A DNA stretch of 64,000 nucleotides from Paragordius varius (Eukaryota > Animalia > Nematomorpha), in NCBI GenBank assembly GCA_964247055.1, contig OZ176057.1, forward strand, positions 3,720,001 through 3,784,000, read 5' to 3'. Below are positions 55,486-64,000 of this stretch, piece after piece; the stretch's first letter is position 1, and each line of letters starts with the position of its first letter. Position numbers and translations under genes: made by a program. The notes under the pieces were generated by a model that saw only the letters and a list, made by a program, of their open reading frames with translations, ran no database searches and was not told the DNA's origin.

Positions 55486-55936
55486 TAAAAAAATATTTTT
55501 CAAATATATCATTATTTTATCTTTGGCAAATATTTAATAGTAATCCAAGAGTTAAATAGCTAATAGCCTTTTTTAATTACGGATTGATTATAAACGGATT
55601 ATAGAATTATATACCTACAGAATTGACCGTGGAGCATAAAAAAATCCAATACAGAATAAACATATTTAAAAAATAAATTATATTATAAAGAGAAAAATAA
55701 CGTATATATTTATGTATTTATTTATGTTATGTTTTATTTACGTATTTTCTAAATTATATAGAAATAAACATGGTAATAATTATATTTAATGAACATCAAA
55801 TACGTTTTTCCATAAAATCGTTTATAAAAATAAATTGAGCTACTATAATTGCAAACCATATATATGTGTGTGTATCTAAAGGGGGTTAGATTACATGTCT
55901 GTTGCCACGCATGTGATTTTTTATTTTATTAGTTAC

Positions 55937-56138
55937 CTTCGAAAATTGTGGAAAATAAATACAGTGTTAAATTAAATAAGCAACGAATAAAATGAATTTT
56001 TTTTACATGGCAAAAGACATAATGTAAGTTAAGCCCCTTCTTGGCCAAATAAATCCGGTATGATAGAAAATATCTTTCTATAGTGTTTGGTAAACAATTT
56101 TCCCCAATTAATTTAATATTCAATAATATTTGCGATGG
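55937..56138 (-). CDS. Probable isolated internal exon, unknown gene
   Basis: Acceptor atatag|, 67 open codons (PSQILLNIKLIGENCLP...LHYVFCHV...), donor gaa g|gtaact. Confidence 0.35.
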
Positions 56139-57956
56139 CTATATGAATTGAACGATACAGAATTGAGTCAAAACTAACTTTATTAGCAAATATGTGAGCA
56201 TATGAAAATGTCTATAAAAAATTGTGGGATAGGTTCACATACGATAAAATAAAACAGCTATTTTTTAAACATCAGCCTTTTAAAATAATAGATACTTTAA
56301 ACCAATCCTTTTTCAGTATATTATTGGAAACAATTTCAAGACATTATAGCGCTTTATGTATTCTTTTGTATCTACATAACTAACTTTTTCTAGCTATATT
56401 TTAGATTTTGCCGAGAAAAGCAGACACTAATTATCTGTCATATGTACTTATTAAAAATCATGAAAAATACATATTTCGAAATGAAACCACTGATTAAAAA
56501 AAGGAAACACATGCAAAAAGTAATGAAACTGAAAATCAATTTCGCAAGAAACATTGAACGAAACTATTTTTTATCACCACAACTCTTTGGTATCGTATTT
56601 TATTAAATATGTGAAACCGGAAGCAGACCGGAAACGAAAAACGGTTTCAAATCCAATCTCTAATTTTTTTGTGAAAAAGTAATTTTTTAACACTTGGATT
56701 CAGCATATTCATTTTAGTCCTTCGATTCAAATTGGGGTAGTTAGATACCCCAGGCCTGTTAAAATTAAATAATTTAAAAATTATGGAATGAATAGGAACC
56801 ATAGCAAAATTTTGCACTTATATAACATCATTAATCCGGAATATATAAAAAAGTTTTTTCAAATATACTTGATATGTCTTATCTATAAAACCCAAAGGTA
56901 AAAATTTAGTCAACGTGACATGTGTGCATTGGCTAAATAAAAAAAATACAAAATAAACACTTTTTTATTTATATCAATGTTGGATGTGATTTTAATAAAA
57001 AATTAGCTTTAATTGTACCTTAAAAAATAAATGAACACGATATTTTGCAAAATAAAAATGGCGTCCAGGTAGTTTGATATGAAATTTTTTTAACGAAATT
57101 TTATTAAGATATTTTAGCTTATTATATAATTTTTATTGGTATAGAAGCATAAATTAAAATTAGGACCGTTTCCTTCAGTAATTTTTTAAAATTTTATAAT
57201 TCAATTTGGGGTATTTAGATACTCCAAATTGAATTAAGTGTTAATATTAAAAAAAGGTCCTTTAGTATTTCAACGAAATCTTATTTGTTAAAATTTTTGC
57301 GAGTGTTTAACCCACTCAAATAATATAATGAAAAATAATGATAAACTGCATTTTTAACTGTATATTTGTACTATCGAAATTACTAATAACCCCATGTTTA
57401 AATAAAAATATTAATGAAAAGCAATCTTTTATATGAGAATTCTAACCCTATATAAAAAAGCATAACCCTAGTTGATTGCACAGGATAAAATGCTTGGTGT
57501 TATATATCCCATGTTTATAAACAGATAATAAATAAGTGCTATTGTTTTAACTATCAAATTATATAAAAAAATTATTGTCACAATACAAATTTATTAAAAC
57601 ATTTAACTATAAAACTAATTAATGAATACTCAGATTTTGCATGCAGGAAATGCCACATTTCAACACAGCAAAATATAAATAATAAAAAATTAAATTTTTT
57701 GCAAAAATTATTCAAAACTAAACTGATTCAAAATTTTTGAGACATGGTTTACTAGCTTTTTCAGTAAATTAAATATTTCTATGTTGATCAAAATTTGGTT
57801 ATGATATTAGGGAATAGAATAATATTGTTATAAAATATTCGTTCTCATAACAATAAAATGATACGTGAAATTTAAAATATATATATATATATAAATATAT
57901 ATGTATGGTGTTTTGTATTTAAAAACGGCCATTTTTTCTTTTCGTTCACATTAGAA

Positions 57957-58977
57957 TCAGTCGTTTTTATGAATGCCCGTATTTACATCTGTTGTCTTAT
58001 AACGAGCAGCTGATGCGAGTCTTGACGTTAGACCACGTTTTATCATATGGCCCAAAGTTTCAGGGGCGAAAAAATTAATTATGCGTGAAATTAAGCCAAC
58101 ACAAGCATGGGGCCAATACCCAAAAGTAACGGTTTGAATACCCGCCATCTGCAACGCATTCCAAACATATGTTTCGGGATCTGGGTGTAAGAAGCTGGCC
58201 TAAACGGAATAATATATAAAAGGTAGCGGATATCACATAAAACATAAGTGAAATCATATTTATCTATATGTATGTATGTATATACGCGTTTTAATTTTGT
58301 CATTTTGGTTACTACGAAATAGGGGATAACGGTTTGAACCCAGAGTTTAGGACCTAAAATCAAAAACAAATAAAATGTATAAAAATAATGTTATTATACA
58401 TTTTGAAAATAATTTTAGATCAGGCGTGTCTAACACAAATGGCTTCACGGGCCGCATTTAAAAAAATATGTGCGAGAATTCATAAATGATTTATTAGATT
58501 TCAAACATAGGACTTTAAAATGTAAACGGAATGTAACAATTATTCATCGTTCTTGCTATCGGATGAACTTATTTGAAAAAAAATTTGTCTTGGAAATATC
58601 AATTTTACCAAAATTTTATGAGTGCATGTTTTTGCAAATTATGGATTCCATAATAGATTAGCCAACCCTGCTTTAGATCCTAAATTATGTACTATAATAA
58701 AAAATCATGACTACAAGTAATAATAAAAAGGTAAAAAAGAGAAAATCACCTTTATTGCTATTATTGGTGGAAGCTGGGCCAGTTTGTGGGGAAAAAAGTG
58801 TCCCATATTCCCCCTGTAAACAATTGCTAAAATGCCAAATAAAAGCTTTGCTAGCGGCATAAACCGCAAGACAGGGCGTAGATTGCAGCGCGGAAAAAGA
58901 TGCCAAATTTATTACAATGGCCCGGCTTGATTTATCTTTCAACAAGAAATGATAAGAATAAAAAATGATAATTCGGT
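57957..58977 (-). CDS. HSD17B12: 3' three exons of an HSD17B12-like SDR (very-long-chain 3-oxoacyl-CoA reductase / 17-beta-HSD family)
   Basis: complement(join(57957..58199,58286..58353,58750..58977)), phases match. Contains IVINLASFSA, catalytic YAASK, VQTVIPYFVVTKM, PDPETYV and TFGYWPHA. The NAD(P)-binding 5' exons are not in the window; the exact paralog (HSD17B12/HSDL1/HSD17B3) is uncertain. Confidence 0.8.
58421..58670. mobile_element. hAT-type MITE in HSD17B12-like intron
   Basis: Ends caggcgtgtctaac / gccaaccctg; TSD ttttagat / ctttagat (7/8). Confidence 0.75.
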
Positions 58978-59061
58978 CTAGTTTTTTTTAATAAATTTAA
59001 CAGGGGGTTTGTTTATAGGTGATTTTATGGACAAATAGTCAATAATTTTTTATTAATTTAT

Positions 59062-59284
59062 AGTCATCTATCCTTTATTTTATCAAATTTGTTTTTTTTC
59101 GTTAAATAAGTAGAAATATTTGGTAAAGAATGGAAAAAACAAGAGCTCTATGGTTTTTATATTTTTTTGATAAATATGATATTGTAAACACCACAGAGCT
59201 CTTGTTTTTTCATTATTTACCAAATATTTACACCCATTTAACGAAAGAAAATAAATTTTTGATAAAATAAAGGATACATGACTG
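59062..59284. repeat. Palindromic element (~100-bp imperfect arms), probable MITE
   Basis: tagtcatctatcctttattttatcaaa...aaacaagagctct is mirrored by agagctcttgtttt...ttgataaaataaaggatacatgact. Confidence 0.75.
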
Positions 59285-60349
59285 TAATTGAAATGTAGTA
59301 CAATGTGAGTTTAGTATATTTTAGTATTTAAATATTATTAATAGATATCACATTAAGTTGTATAAAAAATAAGTATATTAATTTATTTTGATCTACATTG
59401 TAATTGCTATTTGGCTATATTTGCAAAAAAACTAGCAATATATATTTACTGTGTGAATTTAAACTAATTGAAAAAACTATATAAATAGCTATTTTGTGTT
59501 ACAATCACTATTATTAAACATTTAAGTGTTTTAAATTGGCTATTTGCATGTCTGTTGTTAATATAGAATTTATTTGTTATTATATTTAAATTATTGCTAA
59601 CATAACTACAATATGCATTTTAATGGTTGCTTATTCCACACTATAGTAGGGAAATTTGCAACAAACAGTAGTGTATGGATAAGGTGACCAGATTTTTTGA
59701 AGGAAAAAGCGGGACAAATCTAAGAAGGGGGCGGGAGGTCATTGGGGAGTATAACCAAAAAATTTTATACAAAAAATTTATTGTAATATTTATTTATTTT
59801 TAACACAAATACATTATAAATAAAAAAAATTTGTACCTTACAGGTTGTTTGTTAAATTTACATGTGCACGAACAAAGGGTGAAGTGATTGTAATATTCTA
59901 GAAAAAATAATAAAGACGAAATCACCACAAAATGCGCTGGGTGATGCAAGAAGCGGCACAAAAAATATTTTTAACAATTTAGCGAATAATCTTAATCAAA
60001 ACATTATTGGCAGATACACAACGCTATTCAAACAGCTACTGATTTGTTACCCCTGGATGTGGAAAATGTAGATGTTAAAATGCTTGGATATTGTAGAACT
60101 GTTGGTTAGCTCTTTTGCCAGAGATTGAACCTAGAATCCTATTTTTTATCATAGGACAAAGGTCAAAATTTCAAGTCAAAAAAGGTTAGAAAATAATTTT
60201 ATACCATTACCTAATCGCAATACTATAAAGCATCCAGAAAAACAAGGCTCAATGAATAGCCAGAATATAAAAATGTTTTATACAAACAGAAACGATTATT
60301 TGGAAGACAAGACGGTGCACAATGACACTTTTTTATGAAGTTTCATCTA

Positions 60350-60969
60350 TATATTTATAAAAATGGAAAATGCTGGCTTTGTGATCTGGTACCGGAAAAC
60401 CGGTAGACCCATTCAAATCCAAACTTCGAAAAAATATCATCATTAATCAATGGCCCGACAATAGCTTCGCCCTTTTTTTGAAATAGGCCCCCAGTTCGGG
60501 CCCACCCCGTGTGAAAAACGGTTTTTTTTTGAAAACAGAAGTCCACAAAACTTGTGTCTTTCAGACAATCTGGAGAACGTGTTGGACCATTCAATTTTAA
60601 ATATGATTTATGTTTATTTATTTTCGATTGCGCCGAACATAGTCGTCTCGCTTTTTTGATTTAGGTCTTCTTTTTACCCGCTCCCCCCGTAAAATGCCAT
60701 TTTTTTCAAAAAATAAAGTCCACAAAAATAATTTTTAAAATCTATTTTTCGCCCTAGGTATGAGACCGTAAAAATTCAATATGGATTCCACGTATTCCCT
60801 GTTAAAAGGCAAAAATTTTAGTCAAGCGTTTCTTAGATAATAGCTGCAAACGAAGGAGTATCTATCATATGTATAGGATGTTAAAAGATATATGGATAAT
60901 AAAACATTACTTATGGTAATCTATATATCTATAAATGGAAAAATAGCCCCCCCACGAGATTTACGCTAG
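60350..60969 (-). mobile_element. Second copy of the 11521 repeat family, nested inside the hAT element
   Basis: Reverse strand starts CTAGCGTAAAT at ~60968 and matches 11570-11905 over 60352-60690. Confidence 0.65.
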
Positions 60970-61087
60970 TTATTAAATAAATATATTGAATGAAAACTTA
61001 TATTATGGACAACAGAAAAAAATACGTAGGATAGAAATGGTAAAATCATTTTTAAACAAATTATGTTCCATACAATAATATTTTAAT

Positions 61088-61522
61088 TGTAGAATTTGCA
61101 TTATCTTTACCTGAACCACTGCTATTGAACGCGTTTTCCACAGTAAATTAAGTAAGGACACGGAATCAAATTTAAATGTTGAATAAAAGCCATTTTATGT
61201 GTTCAAATATAATTTGACAAATTATGAAGACTTATACAATATTTTAAGTAATTTTGTTTATTTTTTAACACAAAAACTTTAAAGAAAATATTTTATTCTT
61301 TGGTATATTTTTTGTTTGAGTGAATGCGTTTTAGCAGATTGTCATCATTTTTTTAAATGTAGAAGCTTAACAAGAATTTGTCAAATTATATTTGACAGAT
61401 AAAACGGCCTTTAAATTTTCAACATTTAAATTTGATTTTTCCGATGTCCACACCTGATTTACTGTGGAAAAAACGCGCTCAGTAGCAGCGATGGTTCCAG
61501 GTAAGTTAGTGCGAATTCCACA
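61088..61522. repeat. Palindromic MITE-like insert inside the hAT element
   Basis: 61088-61225 is an inverted homologue of 61370-61522 (ctgctattgaacgcgttttccacagtaaat / atttactgtggaaaaaacgcgctcagtagcag). Confidence 0.7.
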
Positions 61523-61599
61523 ATTTCCAAAATATTATTGTATGTAATTTCCAACCATTTCTTTTCTACTGTATACTTTTCTTAAGTTTTTCATTATTA

Positions 61600-63226
61600 A
61601 TATATCTTTTAACTAATGATTCTTAGGAAAAAAGATCATTTTCTGAAAGATAACTTTTTGAATTTTTGGGAACAGATATAATATGATTTTTGAACATCGC
61701 ACCAATTAAATGCTGATTTTAACGTTATCCAATGAAAATGATCAATTTCATTGAATTGTGTCGTCCAGTCTTCCAAATAATCTTTACAGTTTGTATAAAA
61801 CATTTTTATATGGTACAGGATATCTTGGCGATTGTATAAGCCTTGTTTTTCTAAATTATTTATTATATTGCGGATGGTTAATGGTATAAAATTATTTTCT
61901 AACCGTTCTTGACATTGGAATTTAGGTAACTAACTTCATTGGCTACTTCGATTGCCAAAATTTTGTCACCTTCTATAAATTTAATAACATTTTGAAAGAG
62001 AGAAGCTTGATTATGTAAGAATTCTAACCATATTTTTGAAGAATCACTTTCAAAAAACTTTTTTAAAGTTGTAGGACATTTGTCCAGTGATAAAAAAATG
62101 ATTTTAAAGGATCATACATTTTTAAAATTCTTTCGATAACTGGCATAAAAGCTAACCAACGAGTTTTACAATATCCAAGCATTTTTTGATATTGTTGCAT
62201 TTTCAGAGAATTCCTTAAGCGTTTCAACGCGTCCGTGTATATATTAACATAGGAATATATTTTAACAACTACATTTTTCACATCTAGGGGTAACAATCAG
62301 CAGTTGTTTGAATAGCGTTGTGTATTATATGCGCTGCACACCCAACGCCAATAATGTTTTGATTAAGATTATCTGTTAATTTATGATAAATATTTTTTGT
62401 TCCCCTCCTTGCTTTTCCACCAAAGTTCGTATTGGTGTTGTCAGCGCAATATGCGATAATTTTGTCTTTTTAAACTATTTTTTCTAGAATATGCATTATT
62501 GAAGTAAATATTATTTCGGAATTTTCACCGGGTAGAGAAATTAAATCTAAAATTTTAATTTTTACTCCCGTTTCTGAATCCAAATATCTTATTAAAGTGG
62601 GAAATAATTTTGTTTCATGGTGATTTGATACATCAGAGTATAGGGATAAGAAATTAATTTTCAGCAAATCTTTTTCTATTTCGGAAAATATGTGGTGAAA
62701 GGACATTGTATACAATCGCTTCACCCTTTGTTCGAGCACATGTAAATTTATAAGGTACGAATAACCTGAGATCAAGGATTAAAATATTTTATTATATTTA
62801 TAATGTATTTTTGTGAAAAATAAATATTAAAATAATTTTTTTTTATAAAAATTTTTGGTTGTAGCCCCCCCATTTATAGAATAACGTGCGAATAACTTGT
62901 GAGGTACAGTCCATAGATCTATAGGAATGATTGTGATAAACGGCGTGAAAAAATAAAACACCTTCGGCTAATGCCAAATTCTTTTCTTCCTTTCAAAAGC
63001 GGTTCGATAAAAATCGCTCATTCTGTAAGATGATGCCGCCATATCCAAACATTTTTTTATGTTTCTGTGTTTCCATATGCTTTGTAATATCATGCTTGCC
63101 GCCATGTTCTAGGGTGAATTCCCCCTCGCATAAAAAACATTTAACAAATGATTCAAACTTCGTTTTGATAAAAGGAAATTCTTTCATTAATTTATCGTTG
63201 AATTTAAAACCTCTTTTTGTACTCAT
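61600..63226 (-). pseudogene. Disrupted hAT transposase
   Basis: N-terminal zinc finger (VKCFLC...HDITKHMETQKH), KFTCARTKGEAI, first Asp in SLYSDVSNH, YCADNTNTNFGG, CxxH-like region and CKTRWLA, broken by frameshifts and stops; probable intron ~62770-63000. Confidence 0.85.
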
Positions 63227-64000
63227 ATTTATAAACTACTATTAGTATAATAAATATTATATTACCTTAATTTTCTGGAATAAACGTGTAAGGTACCGAT
63301 TTGTGGTATCATTTTGTCTTTTAAGCTACCGATTTGTGGTATTAATTTGGATTTTTAATAATGTTGGCAAGTAATAAACTAAAATATTAGTATAATAAAT
63401 ATTATATTACCTTAATATTCTGAAATAAACGTGTAAGCTACCGATTTGTGGTATTAATAAGTCTTTTAATCTAGAGATTTGTGGTATCAACTTGGCTTTT
63501 TGATAATGATGTCAGTAGTAGTAAAAAGCAGAGTGTATAATCATATGATATAAATTCGAAAAAAATAAATATTTTTAATTTAAAAATAAAAAATTTTAAT
63601 TTAAAATTGAATAGATTTTATATATATTTTATGATAAAAAATTTAAACGGATAAAAAAAATTTATTTGTATTAAAAAAAATTTTTTTTTCGATAATCGTG
63701 AAAAAGCGGGACATTTTTAAAACGTGGCGAGACGCGGGACAAAGTGTGAAAAAGCGGGACTGTCCCGCCAAAAGCGGGACGTCTGGTCACCTTATGTATG
63801 GAAAAAACAACAAAATGTTGAACAATCTTTTTCTTTCTTTTACCCATACACTCCTCTGAAGCAAATTGCCCTACTATAGTTGTGAAATAAGCAAACATTA
63901 AAATGCATTTTGTATTTGATCGCCAATGTATTTTTTTCTTTTCCACAATCACGATTAACACTTCGATTCAAATTGGGGTATCTAAATACCCCAGACTAAA

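Larger units (their letters stand above)
59680..63794 (-). mobile_element. 4.1 kb hAT (Blackjack-like) element with intact termini, nested in a family C MITE
   Basis: TIR TAAGGTGACCAGA at 59680 and TCTGGTCACCTTA ending 63794; perfect TSD TGTATGGA (59672-59679, 63795-63802); AAAAGCGGGAC subterminal motifs. The host MITE continues on both sides. Confidence 0.9.

Overview
Very AT-rich (roughly three-quarters A+T by eye) eukaryotic, almost certainly invertebrate-animal DNA, with spliced genes scattered among many MITEs and decayed DNA transposons. I cannot name the species from sequence alone. Clearly recognisable genes are prohibitin-2 (minus strand, 8 exons, 294 aa), a head-to-head TAX1BP3/TIP-1 PDZ gene (plus, 129 aa), the last three exons of an HSD17B12-like reductase, and a divergent two-exon class A GPCR. 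Hand-built, phase-consistent models also give a Lys/Pro/Val-rich protein with two 6-Cys domains, an Ig/FN3-like multi-exon gene and a FAS1-like fragment. Several other exon clusters remain unresolved. Highlights: (1) a textbook U12 AT-AC intron in PHB2, about 4 kb from 24-nt and 29-nt introns in TAX1BP3; (2) a 4.1 kb hAT element with a perfect 8-bp TSD that carries an inverted, deleted second copy of its own transposase region, probably inside a transcribed intron, and so may form a hairpin; (3) a tRNA-Glu-derived SINE-like insertion with a 17-bp TSD. All gene models were spliced by eye, and domain calls for unnamed genes are pattern-level, not search results.
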